A DNA stretch of 64,000 nucleotides from an uncultured Aliarcobacter sp. (GTDB taxonomy: Bacteria > Campylobacterota > Campylobacteria > Campylobacterales > Arcobacteraceae): assembly GCA_963664305.2 (NCBI GenBank), contig CAXXLV010000002.1, positions 1,376,001 through 1,440,000 of the forward strand. The letters are read 5' to 3'. The notes below the pieces were generated by a model. It searched no databases. It saw only the letters and a program-made list of their open reading frames with translations, and was not told the DNA's origin. Below, one piece after another: positions 40,352-49,930 of this stretch (the first letter of the stretch is position 1; each line of letters opens with the position of its first letter). A program made the position numbers and the translations under genes.

Positions 40352-41455
40352 ATGAGCAAAAATAAAAAAGTAGTTGTAGGAATGTCAGGTGGTGTTGATT
40401 CATCTGTTACTGCATTATTGTTAAAACAACAGGGTTTCGATGTAGTTGGACTATTCATGCGTAATTGGGAGTATGGAATCAAAGGAAGCCAATGTCCTAA
40501 TCGTATTGAATTTGAAGATGCAAAAAAAGTTGGTGAATTAATAGGGATCGAAGTAAAAGGAAAAGACTTCGTTAAAGAATACAGAGATAGAGTTTTTGAT
40601 GTATTTTTAGAAGGTTTAAAACAAGGTCTAACACCAAATCCTGATATTTTATGCAACAGAGAAATAAAATTTAATGTATTTTTAAATGAAGCAAAAAGTA
40701 TGGGTGCAGATATGATTGCAACTGGACATTATGCAAAAATTGCAAAATACAAAGACCATTTTGTATTAGATACTCCAAAAGATAGTTCAAAAGACCAAAG
40801 TTATTTCTTACACGCATTATCAAGTGAACAATTATCACATGCTATGTTTCCACTTGGCGATTTAACAAAAAAAGAAGTTAGAGAAATAGCTAGACTTCAT
40901 AATCTTCCTGTTAGTGATAAAAAAGATAGTACGGGAATTTGTTTTATTGGTAATCAAAAATTTGATGAATTTATCACTCAACATTTACAAGCAATACCTG
41001 GTGATATTATTGATGAAAATGGAAAAATTATAGGAAAACATAAAGGCCTAGTTTGTTATACATTAGGTCAAAGAAAAGGTATTGGTCTTGGTGGTATTAA
41101 AGGCAATGAAAGTGAAAATAATACTCACAAACCTTGGTTTGTAGCTGCAAAAGATGTAGTAAATAATACATTAACAATTGTTCAAGACACAAATCATCCA
41201 CTACTTATGAGTAAAACAGTTGAAGCTAGTCATATGCATTGGGTTTTAGAAGAGGCTCCAAAAGTTGGAGATAAATTAATAGCACAAGTTAGATATAGAC
41301 AACAAAAACAAGCTTGTACAGTAGTTGAGGCAAGTAATGAAAAAGTTGTTGTTGAATTTGATAATGCTCAAAGAGCTGTAACATTAGGACAAAGTCTTGT
41401 TTTATATTCTGGTGATTATTGTCTTGGTGGTGGCTTTATAAGTTACTACAAGTAA
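40352..41455 (+). CDS. mnmA: tRNA U34 2-thiouridylase MnmA, D-type (DxxC)
   Basis: SGGVDS, FMRNW, TPNPDILCNREIKF, ATGHYA, KDQSYFL, KKDSTGICFIG. Confidence 0.95.
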   Translation: MSKNKKVVVGMSGGVDSSVTALLLKQQGFDVVGLFMRNWEYGIKGSQCPNRIEFEDAKKVGELIGIEVKGKDFVKEYRDRVFDVFLEGLKQGLTPNPDILCNREIKFNVFLNEAKSMGADMIATGHYAKIAKYKDHFVLDTPKDSSKDQSYFLHALSSEQLSHAMFPLGDLTKKEVREIARLHNLPVSDKKDSTGICFIGNQKFDEFITQHLQAIPGDIIDENGKIIGKHKGLVCYTLGQRKGIGLGGIKGNESENNTHKPWFVAAKDVVNNTLTIVQDTNHPLLMSKTVEASHMHWVLEEAPKVGDKLIAQVRYRQQKQACTVVEASNEKVVVEFDNAQRAVTLGQSLVLYSGDYCLGGGFISYYK

Positions 41456-41466
41456 AAAGGTAAAAA

Positions 41467-42504
41467 ATGAGCAAAAAAAAAGTTATGGTTGGAATGAGTG
41501 GTGGAATTGATTCTTCAGTTACTGCTTATATGTTACAAAAAGATGGCTATGAAGTTGAAGGAGTTTATCTAAAACTTCACAACAGAACTGATGGTTATCA
41601 TGAAAAAAATTTAGGTTATATTGAGGATGTAGCTAAATTTTTAAATATCAAATACCACATATTAGACTTAGCAAGTGAATTTTCAAAAGAAGTTTATGAT
41701 TATTTTGTTAATTCTTATTTAGAAGGAATTACTCCAAATCCATGTGTAAAATGTAATCGTCAAATAAAATTTGGTGCTATGCTTGATTTTGCCAAAAAAC
41801 ATGGTGCAGATTTTTTAGCAACAGGACATTATGCAAAAACTGATGGTAAGTTTTTTTATGAAGCTGATGATAAAACAAAAGACCAAAGTTATTTCTTATC
41901 ACAAGTAGATAAAGATGCACTTCAATATATGATGTTTCCTTTAAGTACTTATAAAAAAGAAGATATCGTAAAATTAGGTGCAGAGTTAGATGTTGCTTAT
42001 AAAAAAATTACAGAAAAAAGTGAATCTCAAGAGATTTGTTTTGTTGAGACAGTTTACACTGACGTTGTAAAAAAACATGCTAACATTGACCAAGAAGGTG
42101 ATGTTTTAGATGAAAATGGAAATGTTGTCGGAATTCATAAAGGTTTTGCACACTATACAATAGGGAAAAGAAGAGGATTTACAGTAAAAGGTGCTCAAGA
42201 GCCACATTTTGTTACAAAATTAAATCCAAAAGATAATACTATTGTTGTTGGTAAAAAAGAAGCATTAGAAGTAAATGAAGTTATTGCAAAAGATTTAAAT
42301 ATGTTTATTGATGATACTAAATTTTCTTGTAGCGTAAAACTAAGATATCGTTCAACTTCAACACCTTGTGAAGTAGAAATAAAAGATGAAAAAGTTTATA
42401 TTAATTTAAAAGAACCAGTTTATGGAGTAGCAGCAGGACAACTTGCTGTTTTTTATGATGGGCAAAAAGTAATTGGAAGTGCTTGGATAGAAAGTACTAA
42501 ATAG
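41467..42504 (+). CDS. mnmA: tRNA U34 2-thiouridylase MnmA, C-type (CxxC)
   Basis: SGGIDS, TPNPCVKCNRQIKF, ATGHYA, KDQSYFL, ESQEICFV. Confidence 0.93.
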   Translation: MSKKKVMVGMSGGIDSSVTAYMLQKDGYEVEGVYLKLHNRTDGYHEKNLGYIEDVAKFLNIKYHILDLASEFSKEVYDYFVNSYLEGITPNPCVKCNRQIKFGAMLDFAKKHGADFLATGHYAKTDGKFFYEADDKTKDQSYFLSQVDKDALQYMMFPLSTYKKEDIVKLGAELDVAYKKITEKSESQEICFVETVYTDVVKKHANIDQEGDVLDENGNVVGIHKGFAHYTIGKRRGFTVKGAQEPHFVTKLNPKDNTIVVGKKEALEVNEVIAKDLNMFIDDTKFSCSVKLRYRSTSTPCEVEIKDEKVYINLKEPVYGVAAGQLAVFYDGQKVIGSAWIESTK

Positions 42505-42515
42505 TTTTTAAAATT

Positions 42516-42544
42516 TATAATTTAGGAGAAACTCCTAAATTATA
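42516..42544. terminator. Bidirectional terminator hairpin between mnmA2 and porin
   Basis: TATAATTTAGGAG-aaa-CTCCTAAATTATA. Confidence 0.75.
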
Positions 42545-42550
42545 TCTGTA

Positions 42551-43678
42551 TTAGAATGTATATTCTACGCTTGCTAATACATAGTTTTGATCAGTTGTTG
42601 CATCATTTGAAGTATCTGATTCATCACTATCAATATTTGCAAATAAAATTGAAGTACCTAAAGATTCAGTTATAGAATAACCTGCTGTTAAGTTTAACTC
42701 TTTTTCTTTAAAGTCATCAGCTGTATAAGTTGTTACACCATATAATGCACCTAATTCAACACCAGCAATTGTGTATCCTAAAGAACCATATACATTTCTT
42801 GCATCTGCACGATAAATTGCATTTCCACTATCAAATGGCACATAGTTATCACCAGCAGCTGCCATTGATCCAATACCATTATCTTTACCAGTTTTAATGT
42901 ATCCAACTGCTGCAGTTAAATCAGCAATTGTTGTATTTAACTCTAATGCTAACATTGAACCATCATCTGTATTTACTGCATCTTCATTAGATGCTGCATA
43001 ATGAACAAGTCCACCAACATAATCAGTTGTAAATGTAGTTTTTAAACCATACCAATCTGCAACATCTGGAGCAGAATAAGCATAAGGATTAAATTCTACA
43101 GATTGTAAACCTGCATATTTAATATCTGCAACATAAGCACCTTTGTTTCCATTGATATCAGTAAAATCTTCACTTACATCAATTCCAGATTCAGCTTGTC
43201 TATTTGCAAATCCTAATACAATTGTAGTGTCAGGTACAGCTGTAATTGCTGCAACTACAGACTCATTATAATCACCTAACCATTCAAGATCGATAGCTTG
43301 TCTACCAGCACTAATAGCAAAACCATCCATTGCATATTTTATATATGCTTCAGTCATTAAAGAATGATTTGCGAAATTATCATTATAATCACCATGCTCA
43401 ACTTCACCAAGTTTTAAGTTTCCTTTAAACTCAGCTTTTGCTGATAAACCATAGAAAGAACCTGTTTCAAAAGCAACTGTAGCATTTCCATTTCCATATC
43501 CAGAATCAGTACCACCATCTTTTAAATCATATTTAGCACCATATAATGCTAAGCTCCCTGAAGCTTTACCTTCTTTAAATGCAGCATCAATTGTATCTGC
43601 ACCAAATGCCATAGTTGAACTTAAAATTAATCCGCAAGCTACTAAACTTATTGTTTGACCTCTTAAAAGGTTTTTCAT
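42551..43678 (-). CDS. Outer-membrane porin (Opr/major outer membrane protein-like)
   Basis: Signal peptide, DAAFKEGK..G start, amphipathic beta strands, GRQAIDLEW, C-terminal VEYTF. Confidence 0.85.
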   Translation of the reverse strand: MKNLLRGQTISLVACGLILSSTMAFGADTIDAAFKEGKASGSLALYGAKYDLKDGGTDSGYGNGNATVAFETGSFYGLSAKAEFKGNLKLGEVEHGDYNDNFANHSLMTEAYIKYAMDGFAISAGRQAIDLEWLGDYNESVVAAITAVPDTTIVLGFANRQAESGIDVSEDFTDINGNKGAYVADIKYAGLQSVEFNPYAYSAPDVADWYGLKTTFTTDYVGGLVHYAASNEDAVNTDDGSMLALELNTTIADLTAAVGYIKTGKDNGIGSMAAAGDNYVPFDSGNAIYRADARNVYGSLGYTIAGVELGALYGVTTYTADDFKEKELNLTAGYSITESLGTSILFANIDSDESDTSNDATTDQNYVLASVEYTF

Positions 43679-44013
43679 ATTATTTCCTTATAATAAAATT
43701 TTGAATGACTACATTCGCGCAAATGTTTCATTCGTATTAGAAGAACAGTCAAATTATAACAATTTATAAACTACAAAAAATATTTTGACTGTATATTTTT
43801 TATACTTTTAAACATAATTGTTTTTTATCTAATTTGTTGATTAATTAAACTACTATTCTAAATGTCAATGTATATTTTATACAAATAAAAATTAATTTTC
43901 AATAATAATATTGATAACTATTCTTAAATGATACTTGATTTACAATATATACTTAATATTCATTAAGTGCATTTTAGATAAAATTAGACATATTAAAATC
44001 TAAGGAAATATTT

Positions 44014-44946
44014 ATGTCAACATTTAAACTTTTTAGTGGTTCAGCTAATCCTGAATTTGCAAGAAAAGTAGGTGAATATTTAAGTATGCCAGTTTCAGAT
44101 GCAACTTTAAATAAATTTAGTGATGGTGAAATCTCTGTACAAATAACTGAAAGTGTAAGAGGTCAAGATGTATTTATAATTCAACCAACATGTGCACCAA
44201 CAAATGATAATCTAATGGAATTATTAATTATGGTTGATGCTCTTAAACGTTCAAGTGCAAAATCAATTTCTGCAGTTATGCCATATTATGGATATGCAAG
44301 ACAAGATAGAAAAGCAGCTCCAAGAGTTCCAATTACAGCAAAATTAGTTGCTGATTTATTAGAAGCTGCAGGAATCACAAGAGTTGTGACTATTGATTTA
44401 CACGCTGCTCAAATTCAAGGCTTCTTTAATATTCCTGCAGATAACTTATTTGGGTCAATTTTATTTGTAAATTATATTAAAAGTAAACATCTGAAAAATC
44501 CAATCATTGCAAGTCCAGACATTGGTGGTGTTGCTCGTGCTAGATCTTATGCAGATAAACTAGGTTATGATTTAGTTATTGTTGATAAAAAAAGAGAAAA
44601 AGCAAATGTTGCTGAAGTAATGAATATTATTGGTGATGTTAAAGGCAGAGATGTTATCTTAGTTGATGATATGGTTGATACAGCTGGAACATTAGTAAAA
44701 GCTGCTGAAGTTTTAAAGAAAAAAGGTGCAACTTCTGTAATGGCATGTTGTACACATGGTGTATTAAGTGGTCCTGCATATGAAAGAATTGAAAAAGGTG
44801 AACTAGATGAATTAGTTATATCTGACACAATTCCTACACAAAAAAATGCTAAAAAAATAACTGTTTTAACAGCTTCAAGCATGATAGGTGAAGCGATTAG
44901 AAGAATCTATAATAATGAGTCTGTTAATTCAATTTTTAATGCTTAA
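44014..44946 (+). CDS. prs: Ribose-phosphate pyrophosphokinase
   Basis: FSDGEI, PYYGYARQDRK, DLHAAQIQGFF, SPDIGGV.RAR, VDDMVDTAGT. Confidence 0.98.
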   Translation: MSTFKLFSGSANPEFARKVGEYLSMPVSDATLNKFSDGEISVQITESVRGQDVFIIQPTCAPTNDNLMELLIMVDALKRSSAKSISAVMPYYGYARQDRKAAPRVPITAKLVADLLEAAGITRVVTIDLHAAQIQGFFNIPADNLFGSILFVNYIKSKHLKNPIIASPDIGGVARARSYADKLGYDLVIVDKKREKANVAEVMNIIGDVKGRDVILVDDMVDTAGTLVKAAEVLKKKGATSVMACCTHGVLSGPAYERIEKGELDELVISDTIPTQKNAKKITVLTASSMIGEAIRRIYNNESVNSIFNA

Positions 44947-45005
44947 TATTAAAAATTTAAAAAACATGGTATAATTCGCGAAATTATTATCCAAAAGGAA
45001 AAAAC

Positions 45006-46022
45006 ATGAAAAGAGTATTATTATCAACAATTGCTTGTGCTTCTTTAGCATTAGCTGCGAACAGTGATTACAAATATGAAATTACTCCATTAATCGGTGG
45101 AGTTGTTACTGAAGGTAATTTAGATTTAGATAGAAACTATGCAAATGCTGGTTTAAGTTTAGGTTTCAATCAATTTGATTCTTTCATTGATCAAGTTGAA
45201 TTAGGTTTCTTAAGATCAATTGAAGATGTTGGTTATAATGGTACTAACTCAGATACAGGAATTACAAGAATATTCACTAACTTAGTTAAAGAATACCCAA
45301 TTACTGCAGATACTTCATTATATACATTAGTTGGAGCTGGAGTAGAAATTTTTGATAACGAAGATTTCGGAAATAAAGATGGATTATTTGGTAACTATGG
45401 TGCAGGGATTAAATACAAAGTTGCTGACGAATTATCTTTAAAATTTGACGTAAGACATGTAATTGAAGCTGACCACGGAGATAATAACTTATTATATACT
45501 CTAGGTTTTGCTGTTCCATTTGGTGAAGTTGCAAAAGCTGCTCCAGTAGTTGAAAAACCAGCTCCAGTTGAAAAACCAGCTCCAGTTGCTGCACCAAAAG
45601 ATACTGATGGTGATGGTGTTCTTGATAACTTAGATGAATGTCCAGATACAATGAAAGGTGCTAAAGTTGATACAGTTGGTTGTATGACTTTAATTAACTT
45701 AAACATCAATTTTGATACAGACAAATCTGTGATTAAAGATTCTTATAATTCAAGAATTGCTGAATTTGCAAAAATGATGAAAGCAAATCCAAAATTAAAA
45801 GCATCAATTGAAGCACATACTGACTCAGTTGGTTCAAATGCATATAACCAAAAATTATCAGAAAGAAGAGCTGCTTCTACTGTTAAAGCATTAACTGATT
45901 TAGGTGTTGATAGCACTAAAATCAAAGCTGTTGGGTTTGGAGAAACTAGACCTGTAGCATCAAATGATACTGTTGAAGGAAGAGCTGAAAACAGAAGAGT
46001 TGAAGCTGTAATGGTTAAATAA
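45006..46022 (+). CDS. cadF: OmpA-family outer membrane protein (CadF-like)
   Basis: Signal peptide, YEITP beta-barrel start, Pro-rich linker, DTDGDGV.D..D.CP, OmpA_C (INFDTDK, HTDSVG, N..LS.RRA, NRRVE). Confidence 0.75.
   Translation: MKRVLLSTIACASLALAANSDYKYEITPLIGGVVTEGNLDLDRNYANAGLSLGFNQFDSFIDQVELGFLRSIEDVGYNGTNSDTGITRIFTNLVKEYPITADTSLYTLVGAGVEIFDNEDFGNKDGLFGNYGAGIKYKVADELSLKFDVRHVIEADHGDNNLLYTLGFAVPFGEVAKAAPVVEKPAPVEKPAPVAAPKDTDGDGVLDNLDECPDTMKGAKVDTVGCMTLINLNINFDTDKSVIKDSYNSRIAEFAKMMKANPKLKASIEAHTDSVGSNAYNQKLSERRAASTVKALTDLGVDSTKIKAVGFGETRPVASNDTVEGRAENRRVEAVMVK
45549..45584 (+). repeat. In-frame 18-bp tandem repeat x2 (VEKPAP) in the OmpA linker
   Basis: GTTGAAAAACCAGCTCCA repeated twice. 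Confidence 0.85.
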
Positions 46023-46044
46023 TTCTAGTAATAGTTTTATTTTG

Positions 46045-46074
46045 AGGGTAGGAATTAATCCTACCCTTTTTTTT
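46045..46074 (+). terminator. Intrinsic terminator after cadF-like gene
   Basis: AGGGTAGGA-attaa-TCCTACCCT followed by a T-run. Confidence 0.88.
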
Positions 46075-46155
46075 ATTTCTTAAATAAATAACTTTAAACC
46101 AAATAAAATTATTATTTTGTTATTATCTAAAAAATTATTTATTTAAAGGAAAATA

Positions 46156-47214
46156 ATGAAAAAAATCTTATTGACTTCAATTTTCTGCTCAACAATTATT
46201 TTAGCAGCAAGTGACCCAAGTAAATCTTATAGTTATGAAATAACACCTTTTGTTTCAGGTATCTTAACTGATAGTAAAGTAAATTTAAATGATGATTCAT
46301 ATATAAATGGAGGCATTTCTATTGGAAAAAACTTCACTGATTTTTTTATTGACCAAGCTGAAATTGCATATATGAGAAGTGCAAGTGTTGCTTATAAAAA
46401 TTCTTCTGATACAGGAAATACAAATATAAATCGTATCTTTTTAAATGCTGTTAAAAAATATGAATTAACTGATAGATTATCTGCTTATGGTCTAGCTGGT
46501 ATTGGTTATCAAGATATAACTCAAGAGCAAGATAAATTAAAAGACTCTCCTATTTTTAATTATGGTATTGGGTTAAGATATGATATACCTTATTATGGAA
46601 TTGCTATAAAAGGTGATATAAGACATTTAATTGCGACAAAAGAAAATCAAAATGATGTGATGTATACATTAGGTTTAGGAATGCCTTTAGGAAAAACTTA
46701 TAAAGATGATGAAATTGTTGCAAAGGTTCCAAAAATTGAAGAACCTAAAGTTCAAAAAGAAGTGCCAATAAAAGACGTAATAATTGATAACGATGATGAT
46801 AAAGATGGTGTAACAAATAATCTTGATAAATGTCCAAATACATCTTTTGGTATAAAAGTTAATAAAGATGGTTGTGTAGAAACACTAAACTTAAATATCA
46901 ATTTTGATAATAACTCAACAGAAATAAATTCAACTTATAAAAATGAATTAATAAAATTTGCTAACATAATGAAAAAGAATAAAAATATGACTGCACTAAT
47001 TGAAGCACACACTGATTCAAAAGGTAGTGATGAATATAATTTAAATCTTTCTAATAGAAGAGCTGTATCAGTTGTAAATGAACTTAAATCTTTAGGAATA
47101 GAATATACAAGATTAAAAGCTATTGGATATGGAGAAACTCAACCAATTGCAACTAATGATACAGAAGAAGGAAAAGCTAAAAATAGAAGAGTTACAGCTT
47201 TATTAAATCAATAA
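46156..47214 (+). CDS. Second OmpA-family outer membrane protein
   Basis: YEITP, DDDKDGV...DKCP, INFD, HTDSKG, NRRV; paralog of the preceding gene. Confidence 0.9.
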   Translation: MKKILLTSIFCSTIILAASDPSKSYSYEITPFVSGILTDSKVNLNDDSYINGGISIGKNFTDFFIDQAEIAYMRSASVAYKNSSDTGNTNINRIFLNAVKKYELTDRLSAYGLAGIGYQDITQEQDKLKDSPIFNYGIGLRYDIPYYGIAIKGDIRHLIATKENQNDVMYTLGLGMPLGKTYKDDEIVAKVPKIEEPKVQKEVPIKDVIIDNDDDKDGVTNNLDKCPNTSFGIKVNKDGCVETLNLNINFDNNSTEINSTYKNELIKFANIMKKNKNMTALIEAHTDSKGSDEYNLNLSNRRAVSVVNELKSLGIEYTRLKAIGYGETQPIATNDTEEGKAKNRRVTALLNQ

Positions 47215-47341
47215 TATTTAAAGATTTAGAAAATTCTAAATCTTTAAAACATACAAAAAATCATTTAACTAGAAACTTACTAAACTTTAGATATAATCGC
47301 GAATAATTTAATAAAACAACAAACAAATACTAGGAAGAACT

Positions 47342-49129
47342 TTGCAAAAAAATATTAGAAATTTTAGTATTATTGCACATATTGATCATGGAAAATCAAC
47401 ACTTGCAGATAGAATTATTCAAGAATGTGGAGCTATTACTGATAGAGAAATGACTTCTCAAGTTATGGATACAATGGATATCGAAAAAGAAAGAGGTATC
47501 ACTATCAAAGCCCAAAGTGTTAGGCTTGATTATGTAAAAGATGGACAAAAATATGTTTTAAATCTTATTGACACTCCAGGTCACGTTGACTTTTCATATG
47601 AAGTAAGCCGTTCATTAGCTTCTTCAGAGGGTGCTTTACTTATTGTTGATTCAACTCAAGGTGTTGAAGCACAAACAATTGCAAATGTTTATATTGCTAT
47701 GGATAATGATTTAGAATTATTACCAGTTGTAAATAAAATAGATTTACCAAGTGCTGACCCAATTAGAGTTTTAGAAGAAGTTGAAGAAGCTATTGGACTT
47801 GATTGTACACAACATAATCTAATTTCAGCAAAAACTGGTCTTGGAGTAAAAGATTTAATTGATTCAATAGTTGATAGAGTTCCAGCTCCAAATGGAGATG
47901 AAAATGCACCAACTAAAGCACTTATTTATGACTCATGGTTTGATAACTATCTTGGAGCTTTAGCACTTGTTAGAGTTTATGATGGAAGTATAAAAAAAGG
48001 TCAAAAAATAAGACTTATGAATACAAAAGTTGAACATCAAGTAATTGGACTTATGTATCCACATCCATTAAAAAGACAAGATACGCTTGAAATCAAAACA
48101 GGTGAAATTGGAATTGTTGTTCTTGGACTTAAAACTTTAGATGGTATTGCAGTTGGTGATACTATGACTGATGCAAAAACTCCAACAGCTGAAGCAATTG
48201 ACGGATTTGAACCTGCAAAACCATTTGTATTTGCTGGAATTTATCCAATTGAAACTGATAAATTTGAAGATTTAAGAGATGCTTTAAATAAATTGAAATT
48301 AAATGACTCTTCAATCTCTTTCGAACCAGAAAGTTCAGCTGCTTTAGGAAGTGGATTTAGAACTGGTTTCTTAGGAATGCTTCATATGGAAGTTATCAAA
48401 GAAAGACTTGAGAGAGAATTTGACTTAGATTTAATTGCAACTGCACCAACAGTTGTTTATAGAGTTGAAAAAAGTAATGGGGAAGTTATTGAGATTCAAA
48501 ATCCTTCTGAGTTACCTGAACCAAATTATATAAAAACAATTTTTGAACCATATGTAAAAGCAACTATTTTAGTACCTGATGAATTTTTAGGAAATGTTAT
48601 AAAACTTCTTAATGATAAAAGAGGAATCCAAATAAAAATGGATTATTTAGGGAAAAGAGTTTTACTTGAATATGATTTACCAATGAATGAAATTGTTATG
48701 GATTTTTATGATAAATTAAAATCAACAACAAAAGGTTATGCTTCATTTGACTATGAACCAGTTGGATTTAGACCTGGAAATCTTAAAAAACTTGATATCA
48801 GAGTTGCTGGTGATGTTGTTGATGCCTTATCTATTATCGTTCCTGATGATAAAGCAGTTTCAAAAGGAAGAGAGTTTGTAAAAGCTCTAAAAGAATTAAT
48901 TCCTAGACAACTTTTCGAAGTAGCCGTTCAAGCAAGTATTGGAAGTACAGTAATTGCCAGAGAAACTGTAAAATCAATGGGGAAAAATGTAACTGCAAAA
49001 TGTTATGGTGGAGATATTACAAGAAAAAGAAAACTTCTTGAAAAACAAAAAGAAGGTAAAAAAAGAATGAAAGCAATAGGAAAAGTAAATGTTCCTCAAG
49101 AAGCTTTCATGGCTGTTTTAAAAATATAA
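47342..49129 (+). CDS. lepA: Elongation factor 4
   Basis: [60 protein letters not shown]. Confidence 0.99.
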   Translation: MQKNIRNFSIIAHIDHGKSTLADRIIQECGAITDREMTSQVMDTMDIEKERGITIKAQSVRLDYVKDGQKYVLNLIDTPGHVDFSYEVSRSLASSEGALLIVDSTQGVEAQTIANVYIAMDNDLELLPVVNKIDLPSADPIRVLEEVEEAIGLDCTQHNLISAKTGLGVKDLIDSIVDRVPAPNGDENAPTKALIYDSWFDNYLGALALVRVYDGSIKKGQKIRLMNTKVEHQVIGLMYPHPLKRQDTLEIKTGEIGIVVLGLKTLDGIAVGDTMTDAKTPTAEAIDGFEPAKPFVFAGIYPIETDKFEDLRDALNKLKLNDSSISFEPESSAALGSGFRTGFLGMLHMEVIKERLEREFDLDLIATAPTVVYRVEKSNGEVIEIQNPSELPEPNYIKTIFEPYVKATILVPDEFLGNVIKLLNDKRGIQIKMDYLGKRVLLEYDLPMNEIVMDFYDKLKSTTKGYASFDYEPVGFRPGNLKKLDIRVAGDVVDALSIIVPDDKAVSKGREFVKALKELIPRQLFEVAVQASIGSTVIARETVKSMGKNVTAKCYGGDITRKRKLLEKQKEGKKRMKAIGKVNVPQEAFMAVLKI

Positions 49130-49134
49130 TTTCA

Positions 49135-49240
49135 TCTTTTGGCAAATTCTTTCGTCAAATCAATAATTTAAATGCTCACGTACTTTTGGTACGCTGCGCT
49201 TTAAATTCTTTCTTTTCCTTGAATTTCAGTCAAAATCTAA
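49135..49240. repeat. Palindromic intergenic element with CTCACGTAC-N5-GTACGCTGCG core
   Basis: Nested inverted repeats TTTTGGC/GTCAAAA, AAATTC/GAATTT, AATTTAAA/TTTAAATT, CGTAC/GTACG; GC-rich core. Single copy in this window. Confidence 0.55.
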
Positions 49241-49262
49241 AACTCTATTTTCAAAAATTATA

Positions 49263-49664
49263 CTATAGAAAGAATCTATTGTTACAAACTTTACAACTCT
49301 GCATTTCACCATATGTATGAGAATTTGAATATCTTAAATGAATAAATTTATTTTCATTTTCAAAACAAATTGGACAAAAAGGTATTTTATCTCCTTCTTT
49401 CCAATACAATATCCCATCAAAAGATAAAGATTCTTTTTCTTCAATTTTATTTCTTAATTCCCTAATCACATCATCTTTCTCAATTAAATCCACTTTAATA
49501 TCTGCTAATTCCATTTTTAAATCTGCCAAAGAACTAATTAATTCTGCCAATTTCAATTTCGTTTCTGCTTCACTTAAAGAACTAGTGCTATCACTAATAA
49601 GTTTAGCAATGTCCATTGATGTTTTTAAATGTGAAAATGCTGTTCCAATTATTGCTAAATCCAT
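49263..49664 (-). CDS. Hypothetical coiled-coil protein with C-terminal zinc ribbon
   Basis: ATG at 49664 after SD GAAGGGA; heptad-rich helix, then CPIC...CKVC. Confidence 0.8.
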   Translation of the reverse strand: MDLAIIGTAFSHLKTSMDIAKLISDSTSSLSEAETKLKLAELISSLADLKMELADIKVDLIEKDDVIRELRNKIEEKESLSFDGILYWKEGDKIPFCPICFENENKFIHLRYSNSHTYGEMQSCKVCNNRFFL

Positions 49665-49690
49665 AAGTTCCCTTCTAAATAATTTTAACA

Positions 49691-49699
49691 ATTATAGCA
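49691..49699 (-). promoter_or_regulatory. Extended -10 promoter for the zinc-ribbon gene
   Basis: TGCTATAAT on the minus strand, 27 nt upstream of the ATG. Confidence 0.65.
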
Positions 49700-49732
49700 A
49701 AATTTAAATAACGCTCTTAAAATGTGAGCATT

Positions 49733-49902
49733 TTCAAAATAGCGTTAAGAAAAATCTATCTAAATTTGTAAAGAAATTTGAACTGTTTGAGGTGGAGGAA
49801 CGGAACCGAGTTTTCAAATTTTAAAATTTAGATAGATTTTTTAGCTATTTTGGAACTAGCGAACGCTTTTCTTTTGTTTCTTTTCTTTACTAAAAAGAAA
49901 AG
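49733..49902. repeat. Long imperfect palindrome (REP/MITE-like element)
   Basis: CAAAATAGC/GCTATTTTG, AAAAATCTATCTAAATTT/AAATTTAGATAGATTTTT, AAATTTGAA/TTCAAATTT around a GC-rich loop, then a CTTTTCTTT...AAAGAAAAG hairpin. Confidence 0.6.
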
Positions 49903-49930
49903 ATATATAATATATGTTATTATTTATTTT

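Noticed and set aside
40352..42504. One mnmA copy being a pseudogene
   Set aside because: Both frames are full length with intact SGGxDS, catalytic cysteines and SD sequences.
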